Source: an uncultured virus (IMG/VR IMGVR_UViG_3300021135_000008)
Lineage: Duplodnaviria > Heunggongvirae > Uroviricota > Caudoviricetes
Reading direction: 5' to 3' (one strand)
DNA: 64,000 nucleotides
IMG/VR virus record: IMGVR_UViG_3300021135_000008
Positions within the stretch are counted from its first letter, which is position 1; each line of letters starts with the position of its first letter. Under the pieces are notes generated by a model. It did not search any database and had not been told where the DNA came from. It saw only the letters and a list, made by a program, of their open reading frames with translations. Both the position numbers and the translations under genes were made by a program. Positions 44,758-57,087 of the stretch are shown one piece after another.

Positions 44758-45138
44758 ATGTTTAAGTTCTTATTAGGCTTCATTAACTTTGGTAAGATAC
44801 AGCTGTATCTAGCCATAGGTACTTTCTTGATCGGTATGCTCACGATAGGGTACGTCGGTTGGAAGCACCAGATCGAGGCCGCGGCACTGTCCGACTACAA
44901 CCAGAGGCAGCTGGAACAGGTAATCCAAGACCAGCAAGACTTTCAGAACAAGATGAAGACCATCGAGGATACTGAGAAGTCGTTGTCCGATAATCTAGCC
45001 CAGCAGAACGAAGCTATCACGAAGAAGTTCAACAACATCGATGCTTTCTTATCTTCTCCTGAGGCTCAGAAGTCAAACAGACCTGCTTCGACGGTACTCA
45101 AGAATACTATCAAGCAGCTGAGTGGAGAAGTACAATGA
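44758..45138 (+). CDS. i-spanin (Rz-like) candidate
   Basis: N-terminal TM plus coiled coil; late promoter; followed by a lipoprotein. Confidence 0.7.
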   Translation: MFKFLLGFINFGKIQLYLAIGTFLIGMLTIGYVGWKHQIEAAALSDYNQRQLEQVIQDQQDFQNKMKTIEDTEKSLSDNLAQQNEAITKKFNNIDAFLSSPEAQKSNRPASTVLKNTIKQLSGEVQ

Positions 45139-45419
45139 AGAAGCTTCTGTTAATATCACTTCTCTTATCATTAGCAGCCTGTCAGAGTACTCCGGGAACT
45201 CAAGTAATCACTACTCAGAAGTTCACCGTAGTCGAGCCACCTGCCGGAATGTACAACTGCCCAGTGATGGCTAGCTATCCAAAGGTAGAGACGCTGACGG
45301 ACGTCGAGGTTGCTCAGATTATCGTTACTCTGCAGAGAAACAACAGGACTTGTAAAGTAAGCATCGAGTCGATTAAGTCATACATCGGCAGTGCCAAGAA
45401 GACTATCGAGAATCAGTAG
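45135..45419 (+). CDS. o-spanin (Rz1-like) lipoprotein candidate
   Basis: Lipobox LAAC, Pro-rich, extra Cys. Confidence 0.7.
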   Translation: MKKLLLISLLLSLAACQSTPGTQVITTQKFTVVEPPAGMYNCPVMASYPKVETLTDVEVAQIIVTLQRNNRTCKVSIESIKSYIGSAKKTIENQ

Positions 45420-47775
45420 TCGTAGCAGGCCTTACCGTTGGCCGCATAGTCGTTAGCGATCTCGAGGGCCTCTGCTTCTGTGAAGCAGTTTAGGTCTTCC
45501 TCGTCGACGTACGTTCCCATGTCGTACTCGTACTCATCTTCTATGTTCTCGACGTAGTAAGTGATAGCAGTGTCGCGCTCGGTGATCTGGATCTGAACGT
45601 CTACGATCTTCTTCTGCTTGACGAATGGGCTATACGTGGTCTTGATGTGCTCGTACTCGAGACCGTCGATGACCGACGTCAACCGCTCGTGACTTTCCTT
45701 CACGCGAGGGACGAAGAACGTAGTACCGATGTTATACTTGTACTGTGCCTGCATTATAAGTTCTCCAAGATCGGCTTTCCGATCAGCTGTTCACCAGACA
45801 ACACTTTAGCCTGAATACGCATTGCAAACTTAGTAGCCGACGAGACGTCGGGGAACTTGCACTCCTTAGTCACGATGACCCCATAGAGGCTGTGCTTAGG
45901 AGTTGTAAACTTGACGTCCCACTTGACTGCGTACTTGTATCCAGACATATTGACCTCCACACGATTGATCATACTATCAATATATATCAAAAAGAATTAA
46001 ATGTCAACCCTAGATATCGCGAATCGTCGCAAAATAATGTCTGACTAGGTTCTCTTCGACGTGCATTCCGAGATATATGTCGTCGTAGTCGACGTGTCTG
46101 TTGGGTCCTGGGTACGCGAGCTTGATAGTCCACTCCTCTTTGTCGCGAGAGTTGGGTTCTAGGAACCAAGCGACGATGTTTCCGAGGTGATCCGTCGAGA
46201 ACTCAAGGAATTTCGAGTTAGAGGGCACGACGATCGTCGTCTTTCCAGCTGCGCTGTACGGTTCTATCTTGATTATGTGTTTTACGACGTTCATTCGGCC
46301 TCTCTAGGTCAAAAAATGCGTGAAAACACGACTTTTGTCGCAAAATCACGCACTTTTCATCTTAAAAAGCGTCAGAAAGTCATCTTCTACCTATTTATCG
46401 TGCTTAGAATGAGCAAAACACGTGCGACGATACCTAGACTCACCCTCTGGAGTGGTTTGTGGCCACCCGCAAGAGGCAGTCATAAAGCATCCAGGCTCGT
46501 CACACAGCTCAAGAAGAGGTTTTAGCTCTTCTATCCGCTTATCTCTCACGACTTCTCTGAGTTCTTTGTCTCTAGTGAGGTCGAACTCGTTAGTGATGGT
46601 CATCCCGCCCGCCATGTAGAGCGGGACGTAGGCGTCCATGCCGAATCCAAGGCGATCGTAGATCATGTGACGAAAGGAACCTCCCTCGTTTGCATGGTCT
46701 ACGACGTTCTTGAACACCCAAGCAGTGACCGCGAGCCTAGTCTGGTAGTCGCAGGCCTCGACGAGCTTGAGATCCTCCTCGTCTACTTCGTCGCTCATAT
46801 CGCGTGACCGTCGACGAGCTCGAGGTGACGACCGTCGGTGACGTATCCCATGGCGTTGAGTAGGTCCTGGAACTTACGAAGCATGACGCCCATGTGCGCG
46901 TCGGTGGCGTCAAAGGTGATCGACACTCGGTTGCTGGGAAAGTCGGGATCGTCGCTTCGAGAAGTGGCGATCATGGTTACTGTAGTCTCAAATTCTTCGT
47001 CGAACATCTCGTGTCTCCTGATTTAGTCGTTGATCTTTACGTCGGCTACTTCCTTGGCTCGACGACGCCACTCGTCTCGCTGAAACTTGACCATCTCGGG
47101 CGCTACATCAAGCTCCTCCGTAGAGATAGAGAACAGGACGTTGTAGAGCTTTCGATGCTCCTGCTCCAAGAACTTGCAGTACTCCGAGTCTGCCCAGACC
47201 GCGGTCTGAGTCTTGCTTATCCAGAGGTCGCGGTCGGCTCGAGTCACTCGAAGCTCGTTCACGATCTCACGAATATCTTCATCTAGTGGGCCCTCGCACT
47301 GTTCTGCCCACGCTTCTAGTCGATCTGTAATGTCCATCTGTCTTCCTCTGTTACCACATAGATGTGCGGAAATTTTTTGGAGCACTTACTCCATGTAGTC
47401 CAAGACTTCCTTGAGGTCCCTGATGGGGATTGCCCCAGAGGCGACTGCCTTTCCGGCGACCGACACCGTGGTCACCAGACAGACCTGCTTCTTACCGTGC
47501 CCCGTGATCGAGACTCTCTCTATATGATGAGAGATAGTCAAGTCGGCGAGCATGTCCATTACGGCATACTTACCTTGCTTGTAGGCTATCTCCTTGACCT
47601 CACTCTTCTCCATCTCGGAGGCCCTCCCTGAGCTTCTGTGTCAGACGGTAGATCTCGTCTTCCTTGTCGGAGATGGTCTGCTTGAGGTCCATGAGAGACC
47701 GCTCGAGGTACCTGTTACGAGAGACGAGCTCCGCAACCTCCTCCCTCAGGGCCAGAGTGTCGACGTACTCCTCGG

Positions 47776-48072
47776 TCATTCCGTCACCACTCGCTTCCAC
47801 TGACCGCCCTTAGACTTGAGCCAGAGCATGCCGTCGTCACCCACCGCCATCGCCACGGACTTGTTAGGGTCGACAGGTAAGTTAAGGTTAAAGGCAGGGC
47901 CGCTGCTGAGGTACATGAGATCGTTCTGTTTCTTCTCCTTCTCGGCGGTACCCATGAGGGTGAGGTTCACCGCGTGCTCGGGAGGGGCACCAGTGACCTC
48001 CTCCTTAGCGAAGGCAGCCGCTGCCATGAAGGGTGAGAGGGCAATTGCTCCAAACAGGCTTCGACGGTTCAC
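47776..48072 (-). CDS. Putative Tat-exported protein
   Basis: MNRRSLFGAIALSPFMAAAAFA twin-arginine signal; AGGAG RBS. Confidence 0.65.
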   Translation of the reverse strand: MNRRSLFGAIALSPFMAAAAFAKEEVTGAPPEHAVNLTLMGTAEKEKKQNDLMYLSSGPAFNLNLPVDPNKSVAMAVGDDGMLWLKSKGGQWKRVVTE

Positions 48073-49589
48073 TTGTGATTCTCCTGAGAAAGATAAAACA
48101 TGTTTTATACTTTGACTTGCAATAGGGAAGAAGTAAAGCGGATTTGCTTTTTGAAGGCAGATTTAATGTAGGATGAGATGAATGCAATCATAGTTTACCA
48201 CTCCGTTCCTGAGGTCATACCTGTGTTCTCGTATACGTAGCTGAAATCGACGCCGTAGGCTGGACATACCAAGATGTTGTCGGGCATGCCGTTCTTGTCC
48301 TTCTTGCCTAAGATGCCTGAGATGAACAGCGTGTCGGGATGCGTCTCGGGAGTCAGTCGACGGAGGATGTTTGCCTGCATGTCGCACTTATCACGGAGGC
48401 GAGCAAACTCATCCTTCAGCAGCTTGAGGCTCTTGTAGTCGAAAGGCATGCTGTCGACCCAGATTACGGTCTTCTGTTCAGTCTCGTCCATCACTCAGTG
48501 TCCTTGTTGTACTTGTAGTGCATCTTCTCTAGGAAGTCGATGATCTTGTCGTCGAGCTCTACCCAGTCCTCGTCCTTGAGCTTTAAGAAGAGGGTTCGAT
48601 ACATCTCGACTACTCGCTGGGATACTTCAACCTGTAGCTGACTACCCTCAAACCGATTGTCCATTACCGATCTCCTCGATCAAGTCACGGACGAACTGGC
48701 GCCAGTGCTCCTTCTGTTCCTCAGTATAGTGAGTAGCCCACTCGCCACCGTTGTTGCCTAGGGCTAGTCGTATGGCGAACTTCTCAATCGTTTCTTGTGA
48801 CACTGTATCGTCCTTCGGTGCTGTAGTACTCTTCGAGGGCCCGAACGCAGCGCTTCTTCCAGTCGTCCCGCTGCCACTGAGCCTTCTCGTAGCTGAGCTC
48901 GATGTAGTCGTTGCGGATGAACGTCACCAGGTCCTTGAACTTGTTGAGACGCTCGATCTCGTCCTCGTAGATCATGGACACCACCGCCTTGAGAGGGAGC
49001 TCCTCGTACGCGTCACTCATCACTCAGACTCCCGCCAAGCGACCACGTTCTTGGGGTCGTCGGGATAGTCCTTCACGGGGACCCGAGTGCGCTCCATCTT
49101 AGTCACCACCTCGCCGTCCGCGAGCATGACGTCGATGAGCCTGCCGCTGACGGCGAAGAATGCGGGGCTGTTATGGTCCGTCGTGTGGACCATCGGGCGC
49201 CACAGACGGGGCTTCTTGTCGGGGAGCGAGTCGACCTTGTCGGAGATCTTCTTGAGGAGGGCCTCGATCTCACCGAGCTGCCTACGAACTTCATTGTCCA
49301 CTTTCTTGACCTTTCTTAGAACAGGGTGCGGCATACCCTCGCTAGAGATGACTTCTACCTTGCCATTGATGACCTGCCAGTCCAGCACGTTGTCGATGGC
49401 ATAAAAACTAACGTGAACGTCATTGGTGTTCAATTCATTAAAGATGTTCTCGCGAGTGAACGTCCGATCATCTCGCAGCATGTCGATCCAGTGCACTACC
49501 CGCCGCGCCTCTTCAATTCCAGTGTCCATCACAAGTCTCCATTACCAATATAGCCATACTACACCAGTATCTATTATTTGTCAACCCGC

Positions 49590-50210
49590 TCACGCCACGC
49601 TCCACTCGTACTCGTCCTGTGTGACCACAGTCTCCATCCCGTCGTACTCCTCTATGCGGTACAGCGTACCAGAAGGGAGCTCTTCGATCAACAGAGTAGT
49701 GAAGTCGCCTGCGTCCTCGCCCATCTCCTCGACTACCTGTACTAGGAAGGGGTCCGTGCGCTTCAGATCATGCTCAGACCAGTAGTCACCCTCGGGAGTC
49801 TCCCAGTGAAGCGACTGTTCTAATCCGGAGAAAGACCTCTGAACCAACCCAAGGCCAGCCAAGTCACTGTACCGCTGCACTGCCTTATCGGACAGGCCGA
49901 ACCCTCCGTAGCTGGCGTTGTATACTATCTTAGTCATAGGCCTGGCCTCCTCGTACATCTCCTCGAAGATCTCTCGCCTGTTGAACCAGAACTCACCCTT
50001 GGGACCCCTGATGAGGTAGTCGCCTTCGTCGGCCACCATCATCCCCTCTAGGGTAAGGATACAGAGACTATGCTTGTCGACGCTCATCTTGATCTTACGA
50101 CTCTTCAGCGCCTCGTGCACCCATACAGGGTAGTTCCCCTGATGCTCGATCTCCAGAGTGTCGATCTGCCACGCGTCGACTGGGATGGGCTTCTTGACGT
50201 ACTTCATCAC
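49590..50210 (-). CDS. Two-domain hypothetical phage protein
   Basis: KKP..TLEG..GDYLIRGPKGEF domain followed by KIVYN..YGGFGLS..EEYDG domain. Confidence 0.7.
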   Translation of the reverse strand: MMKYVKKPIPVDAWQIDTLEIEHQGNYPVWVHEALKSRKIKMSVDKHSLCILTLEGMMVADEGDYLIRGPKGEFWFNRREIFEEMYEEARPMTKIVYNASYGGFGLSDKAVQRYSDLAGLGLVQRSFSGLEQSLHWETPEGDYWSEHDLKRTDPFLVQVVEEMGEDAGDFTTLLIEELPSGTLYRIEEYDGMETVVTQDEYEWSVA

Positions 50211-52477
50211 TTCTTCTCCATGAACATGTCTATATCATATCACACAGTCGAATTTATGTCAACTGTGGCCGACGTACTCACCGCAGAAGTCCGTCTTGTC
50301 CTTCTTGACAGACTCGGGAAAGCGATGGCACGTGATCATATTCTTAGACTCTTTGACCTTACGCTCGAGCTCAGAGATGCCGACCACGTACATGCCCTCC
50401 ACGTAGAAGTTGCGACTCATGGTCGGCTCCATTTGAAGCTCGGCGAATCGCTCTCGCTTTCTCTCGATGAGGGACTCGATAGAGTCGACGTCGACCTCGA
50501 TCTCCCTTGAATATATGCAGCGCTCACATTCATTCACTTCTCGTCAATCCTCATCTTGTCTTGGAGAGCCATCAGCCTGTCGCTGACCTCACTGCGCATC
50601 CGATAGCTGCCGTCGCCCCACAGCATGGCGTTGATGTCGCTCAAATCCTTGATGTACTCGCCGAACACCTCGTGTATCAGCTGCTTGCGACTGTTGGAGA
50701 CGACGCGGTCGATGTACCCATCCAAGGAGGCATCGTGATAGTGTATCTTCGTCCTGCATTGGAACTTCAGAGAGGCGTCGACCTGTGCCGACCCGCCCGC
50801 GAACCTATGTACGCTAGTCTCGATCGCCTTGGACAGCTTACTCATCACTCACTCACCACTGCATGCCAGACAAACCCAGCGCCGTCGATGACAGTGCCGA
50901 CGTACTCACCCTCAAAGTCCGCGCCCTGAAGTTTAAGTAGGGTGTTGATTTTATCGATGCTATCCATCACTCTACTCCAAAGTGTTGCCTGATCAGATCC
51001 ATTGCTAAATCGATATCGGAGTTCCAGAACTTTTTATCCATTACCTTCAGGCATTCCTTCACGATCAGCTCAGCGAACCTATGAACGTCATCGAGGTCTG
51101 CATGACCATGGATGAAGACCTCACGAGGAGTCTCATGGTCGATGTAGTTCAGCAGCCCCGCCTCCAGTCCCAGTTCATCAATCTTCTTGTTCATCTTCTT
51201 CCTCCCTACCAAAGAGCACGCTCCGAGCTTTTTCCACCGCCATCGCCTCCACTCCGTGGATTACCGTTCGCATCAGCTGAGACTCGATGGTCATGCCTCC
51301 CGCTCCCATCTCAACCCACCTGCCCGCATCACAGGCAGCGATGAGATTTGCCAACGCCTCCTCCAACTGCTCGACCCTATCGCGAAGATCTTTATTGTCA
51401 TCGACGACGTTCTGCATGCCAGTGCTCAGTGCCTTGATCATGTCCTCTACATCACTCATTGTTCTTCTCCTCAGCGATCATCTCGTCTATGTCCTCCACC
51501 AGCATGTCCAGCGCCTGCATCGTCTTGTATGGCACCTCTATGGAAGTGGCGACTACGTAGAGGTCCTCCGCCTCCTCGAACGGCACGTGGACTAGTCTGT
51601 AGCTCTTGTTCACGGCTCTACTCCAAACTCTCTCTTCACGATGAACTTAAAGAGGTCCACGTATTCGCCCTCGCTTCTCTCTAGGGCGTCCATGACCCGC
51701 TTGAGGGTGTCGTGCTCCACGCGCCTGGCGAAGATCTTAAGCCGCGACTCCCACTTCTCCCTGTCGTGTCCAAGGGCGTAGATGTCTAGCCAGCTGTCGC
51801 TGGCGTGGCGACGGAGGGTGTCCATATAGAGGCTCATATGTCCTTCTCCTTGATGTTGCCCCATTGATCCTGCATCACGTAGCGGACGCCGTTTGGCATA
51901 CTATTTTCATCACCTCTTTTATAGAGGCCATGTTTGCTTATGATCGTCCACCGAGTGCGAGTGAACAGGAGGTCCCATATCCATCGAAGCATCACCTCAC
52001 CCCTACGTTGAGGGCCGACCATGCCATGACAACCCCTAGGACCAACCCTATGACGGCGTTGACGTAGTTGCCCGCGAGGAACCCGAGCGCCGCGCCGACG
52101 AAGTTGATGAGGGCGATGCCCAACCCTATCTTGACCTCGTTCTTAAAGAACCATTCCATCGTGTATCTCCTTTATCAGTCCTTGTATGGATCGAACTCAC
52201 CCGCGCCCGCCATGCAGACGACGATGCCATTCCTGTTCTTCTTCTTTTGTAAGACCTGCTTGCAAACGCATCACTCAACTCCAACATTTTTCATTTTTGT
52301 CGCGAGGTATGAGATTCTTAGAACAGAGAAGAATCTCAAATGCCTCTCTCTTACTCACACCGCTCCAGTCTTTATTCTCGTGACTGTCATGTACCCAGTT
52401 ATCAGGGTTCCACAGATCAGACCACCCGTTGGCTCTCAGGGCGACGTCAATCATCTCATCATCAAATGAGAACGACA

Positions 52478-52774
52478 TCACTCGACTCCAAATCTCTGGC
52501 GCAGAAGATCAGAGGCCCGCCAGAGCGCTGCTCCATTATGACCAGCCAGTAAGTCCTCGCTCAGCTTCTTCTCTGATTTACCGAAAACGTCACCGTTCTC
52601 TAAATCACTACCAAATTCGTCGATGAAGTCTGTGCACTCCTTGACGATCAGCTCAGCGAACTCACGCGCCCAGATCTCACTGGGCATTCTAATTTCTAAT
52701 TTCTCACCGGTGAAATTCTTTGCCGCGGCATTAATTGCAGCCTGCTCAGCCAACTCCCTGATCTTTAAGTTCAT
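52478..52774 (-). CDS. FAELIVKEC-family small protein
   Basis: Paralogous to 50967-51212. Confidence 0.7.
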   Translation of the reverse strand: MNLKIRELAEQAAINAAAKNFTGEKLEIRMPSEIWAREFAELIVKECTDFIDEFGSDLENGDVFGKSEKKLSEDLLAGHNGAALWRASDLLRQRFGVE

Positions 52775-52775
52775 A

Positions 52776-53351
52776 TCACATCACTCCCAGTTCGCGGAGG
52801 TCGAGACGCTCATCCTGCTCCTCGATGGCGTCGAAGGAGGGGAGGACGTCCTGCTCGTCGCCCTTGAGCCGAGCCGAGACCTTCTTCATGAGCTCGAGGT
52901 TGCGGGCGCGGATGGCCTGCTTCTCCGAGAAGTTCTTGCCGACCACCTTGAGGATCGACGTCATCTTGACCGTCTTGGGAGCGGCGGCCTTGGGAGCCTT
53001 CTCCTTAGGGGCCTTAGCGGCCTTAGCCTTGAAGGGAGTCACCGCGCCGACCTCGTGGGCCAGACGGATGAACGAGGCGACGACCTCAGACGAGCCCGAG
53101 ACGCCCATTGCAGGGATCGCGATGACCGTCCAGCCCTTGTTGCGGGAGACGATCGTCCAGTCCGTCAGGGCGTCCGTGATGGCTGCCAGTGGGGCGCCGG
53201 CGATGACCTTGAACGTACCGGAGTTGCAGTTGAACTCGACCTTGACCGAGCCGACCTTGACGAAGTAGATGGAGTCCGACTGCTTGACGGGGGTGAGGCC
53301 GGCAGCGATGACCTGATCCGCGAAGAGGGAGTAGGGGGTGGAGAGCTTCAT
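52776..53351 (-). CDS. Early hypothetical protein with Lys/Ala-rich linker
   Basis: Own promoter and AAGGA RBS. Confidence 0.75.
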   Translation of the reverse strand: MKLSTPYSLFADQVIAAGLTPVKQSDSIYFVKVGSVKVEFNCNSGTFKVIAGAPLAAITDALTDWTIVSRNKGWTVIAIPAMGVSGSSEVVASFIRLAHEVGAVTPFKAKAAKAPKEKAPKAAAPKTVKMTSILKVVGKNFSEKQAIRARNLELMKKVSARLKGDEQDVLPSFDAIEEQDERLDLRELGVM

Positions 53352-54448
53352 GGGGTAGTCCTTTCCTTGATTATGATTTAATATACCATGGATCTGGTTA
53401 TTTGTCAACCCATTCTGGGCATGGGAGGTATACCGAAAAGTCATACCTCGATCTTCAACCAGTCGACGTGGTAGCGGATGAGGGTGGCGACCATGGGCTC
53501 AGTCAGGGGACCACCCTTGAGAAGCCCCTGGACGTAGTACTCGAGGTCGAGGTTGCGGGAGGCGCAGTAGTCCACCACGAGCTCGGCTAGACGGTCGTAA
53601 CCCATCACTTGCCCCTCAGCGAGACGACGATGGAGACGAGCACGCCCGCTACGAGGAACTCGATCCAGATGGGGGCCAGCACCCACAGCCACGACCAGTC
53701 GACGTACCCTACGAGCTTGAGGGTGATGAACACTATGGCTAGGAGGCTTGTGAACGTGAGCTTCATGCTGATTCCTTTGTCACTGCTGATAGATCTATTA
53801 TACCACAGTCTGGGTATTTGTCAACCCACGACCGCGTTCCAGCGGTCGTCGAAGTCGAGGACCATCATGTGGCATGAGCTCGGGGTGGCCCCGCTCGAGC
53901 GGTCGTGGTAGATGACCAGACCGTAGTTGTACTCAGGCCCGTACCACGGGGTGAAGGGGATGAAGGAGGTGCGGTAGCGGTTCATAGGGAGTCCTTTTCT
54001 GATCATGATTTAATATACCATGGGATCGAATTATTGTCAATGGGCTGTCTCGTCCATCAAGACCGTCAGGAAGAGGTACGCCCCCTTCTGCTTGAACTTG
54101 AGGGACTCCATACCCGCGAAGTTCGTGACGGCCACGAGCTCGAAGGGGTTGCCGTTGGTCCCGAGACCGTCGACCTCGACCAAGTCGGGCTGAAAGTCAG
54201 GGTTCCAGTTGAGCTCGGAGGCGAGGGCCGCGAACTGAGCGTAGCCCGTGGTCCGGACCGCGGTCATAGGGATGGCTGTCTTGATCATCTGTTTTTCCTT
54301 TGTCTTTATCATAAGAATAATATACCACGCCCACCATTAAATGTCAACCCCCTAACGGTATACCTCCTATGACAAAAAGTCATGGCTCAGGGGTTGACAA
54401 ATATCCCATCCCATGGTATATTAAATCATGATCAGAAAGGAACCTCAA

Positions 54449-54649
54449 ATGTCTCAGACCGCCATGTCCGCCATCTACTCCGACCCCACCCTCCTCGTCT
54501 CCTACCGGATCGGGGTCATCGACACCCGCCTGACCGCCCTCGACACGTACTCCCGTCCCACCGAGGCCCAGATCACCGAGATCAACTGCCTCGACGACGA
54601 GCTCACCACCCTCTTCCTCCTCCGCGACCTCCTCACGAAAGGTAAGTGA
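54449..54649 (+). CDS. Early hypothetical protein
   Basis: Promoter plus AAGGA RBS. Confidence 0.7.
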   Translation: MSQTAMSAIYSDPTLLVSYRIGVIDTRLTALDTYSRPTEAQITEINCLDDELTTLFLLRDLLTKGK

Positions 54650-55247
54650 CCAATGGTTAAGATCTTCATCGCCGTCAGCATCCTCGCCTCCGTCTACCTC
54701 GTCATGCAGGACGACGTCGCCATGTCCCAGTGCGAGGTCAGCCACTCCCATGGAACGTGCCTCTACTCGCTCTCGCGATAGAACGCAGGGTTCTACACGG
54801 GCTAGCCATGGTACCCTACCCAAAGCACTGCAATGCAGGGTTTCTGGACTTGCCTCAAAAATGGCCTAAAAACTGCCCTCGAAACCCTGCTTTCAGGGCG
54901 ACAAGTGGGCTTTTCAGGGCTGTTTTCTGACGATTTTTGAGGCCTCTCTCCAGAACACATTCTATCGCGTGGGTGGGGTTGACATTTAATCGTTTCTGTG
55001 ATACTATAATCTTAATCCAAAGAAGGAAAGACGAGGATAAGAACGCTGGACCTGCGCGCTTCACGAACTGGCACCATCCACCGCACCGGCTCTGGCCCCA
55101 TTGACAAATATTCTTTCTTATGATATAATGGTTCTGATGCGCGCTTCCGGAGCCATGACAAAAAGTCATACCACCTATGCCCAAAAGGTGGTTTACATTT
55201 AATGAGAACCGTGATAGATTTAATCATAATCAAGGAAAAGATTACCC

Positions 55248-55466
55248 ATGAAGCTCGACTTTACTCTCTCCGTCTCCATCCCCGTCCACGTGAGTACTCT
55301 GACTATTCACAACGACGCCAAGTATAACTTCGACGACTACTATGAGGAGCACCTAAGGGAAACCCTCGAAGACATGGTCAAAGCTTTCCTCACAGAGAAG
55401 ATGCACAGTATTGTCGTAGAAGCCTCCAAAGAGGTCGAGGAAAATATGTCTGAGATGATGGGTTGA
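55248..55466 (+). CDS. Early hypothetical protein
   Basis: Promoter plus RBS. Confidence 0.7.
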   Translation: MKLDFTLSVSIPVHVSTLTIHNDAKYNFDDYYEEHLRETLEDMVKAFLTEKMHSIVVEASKEVEENMSEMMG

Positions 55467-55520
55467 CATTTATTCCAATCCGTGTATAATAGCTATATCG
55501 AACAAACAAAGGACACACAC

Positions 55521-55862
55521 ATGGCCAATCGTACACCTGCATACCGCTTCACCGCGGCCACTGACGAAGACGCCCGCATCGCCGAGCTTCGAGTCAAGGC
55601 CCGTCTCATGGGTCTCGAGCAGAAGGCCACTGAGATAGTCGCCGAGTCGAAGGGTAAGCCCAAGATGTACACCAAGCGGTTCCGTGTAGTAGTGCGGGCT
55701 CGTCTCGGCAAGGACTCTCCCTATGCCTCGCTCTACCGTCGTGGTGGTCAGTACTACCGCTGGTCTTCTCAGTGTATTCGCGCGGAGCACGGCTCTCGGT
55801 TCGACGTATACTTGCAGGAAGTCTTGGCCCCTACCAAGTACTCGAAGTACTACCGCCGCTGA
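55521..55862 (+). CDS. Basic early hypothetical protein
   Basis: Promoter plus AAGGA RBS. Confidence 0.7.
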   Translation: MANRTPAYRFTAATDEDARIAELRVKARLMGLEQKATEIVAESKGKPKMYTKRFRVVVRARLGKDSPYASLYRRGGQYYRWSSQCIRAEHGSRFDVYLQEVLAPTKYSKYYRR

Positions 55863-56099
55863 TCTGGTCGGACTCTAGGTAACGCTAGTCAGCTCAGGCT
55901 GCTGGCCGCTATATAGGTGTGCTCTCTGGCGGCCAATTTGGCTCTGGGCTGCCGCAGGCATAGTCATACTAGTATTACAAACTTTGGCCTTTTTTAATAA
56001 ATAGGTCGGAGAATAGGCCCAACTGTAGGTCTCTATACTGGTCTAATGGCTGGTATTGATGCTGGTCTATACTCTGATCGTTTAATCCTTTACTATCGA

Positions 56100-56447
56100 A
56101 TGGAAGACTATATGCGTAAGAGGGAAGATAAGCCTAGGAAGCATCGAAAGCACGACGAGGCTACTACTTTCTATACTAATAAGAGAGGTATGGAGAATAG
56201 GATCGTATCCTTTAGAATGAACGAGATCTTGTACGAGAGGCTGTATGACTATGCGGTGTCTATTGGTAAGGATCCTTCTGCTTGTATTCGTGAAGCTGTC
56301 GGTGTATATCTTCGGGAAAGGTACAGTGCAGGTCGTGAGCCGGGTAGTGTTCCGGGTCGATTGTCAGCTCCGCCGGTAGGTCATACTCGTAGGTCGGAAG
56401 ACCTGATGGGTTGGACTGCAGTCAGTAGGAAGCTCTTAGATGAGTAG
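56100..56447 (+). CDS. Ribbon-helix-helix DNA-binding protein candidate (start uncertain)
   Basis: IVSFRMNEILYERLYDYA..DPSACIREAV. Confidence 0.6.
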   Translation: MEDYMRKREDKPRKHRKHDEATTFYTNKRGMENRIVSFRMNEILYERLYDYAVSIGKDPSACIREAVGVYLRERYSAGREPGSVPGRLSAPPVGHTRRSEDLMGWTAVSRKLLDE

Positions 56448-56844
56448 TCTACTGGTAGTGAGTCACCTGATGCTGGTCTTCTACTTGGTCACTACTCTGG
56501 TCAGGGGCTAGGTCATGGTACAGGTGCTTGAGTGTATGCTGGTCTTCTTGCTGGTCGTGGTATTGGTCATAGGGTAGGTCGAGATGAAGAAGAAGAGATT
56601 GGTCAGGTCTAGGGATACGTTCACGGAGGCTCAGGGTCATGCCTACCTTGCGATGCTCATCCGTAAGTATAACGTCAAGCCGCTGACACTACCTACCTAC
56701 ATGGGGAAGCCCAGCCCTGTCGGGTACTGGGTGTTTACGTTCGAGGAGCCATGACTTCTCGTCATGGCAGGTATGCCTAGAATGAGTTGACAAAAAATCG
56801 TTCTCATGATAATATAATATCATAATCAAGGAAGGGCTACCGAC

Positions 56845-57039
56845 ATGACCTACTACATCCTCACGTTCCACAAGATCGGCACCGACCGGTCGTTCGGCCG
56901 CATGATCGGTAAGCCGATGGTGTTCGACTCATGGGCTGGTGCCCACGACTACGGCCGTCACCACGTCGACTATACCCGCACGAACTTTCGCATCACCGAG
57001 ACGGTGCTCTTCTCGTCGCCAAGGACGGTTGACATTTAA
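56845..57039 (+). CDS. Early hypothetical protein
   Basis: Promoter plus RBS. Confidence 0.65.
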   Translation: MTYYILTFHKIGTDRSFGRMIGKPMVFDSWAGAHDYGRHHVDYTRTNFRITETVLFSSPRTVDI

Positions 57040-57087
57040 TCCTACCTGTGATAATATATTCTTATGATGACAACTAGGAAAAACACC

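Larger units (their letters stand above)
45413..54312 (-). other. Array of roughly 30 small early hypothetical ORFs (e.g. 45413-45754, 46010-46294, 46391-46798, 46795-47007, 47386-47613, 48195-48494, 48784-49023, 49020-49532, 50259-50537, 50534-50848, 51178-51459, 52275-52481, 53605-53766, 54037-54288)
   Basis: Contiguous ORFs with ATGA overlaps and RBSs, interspersed with sigma70-type promoters. Confidence 0.8.
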
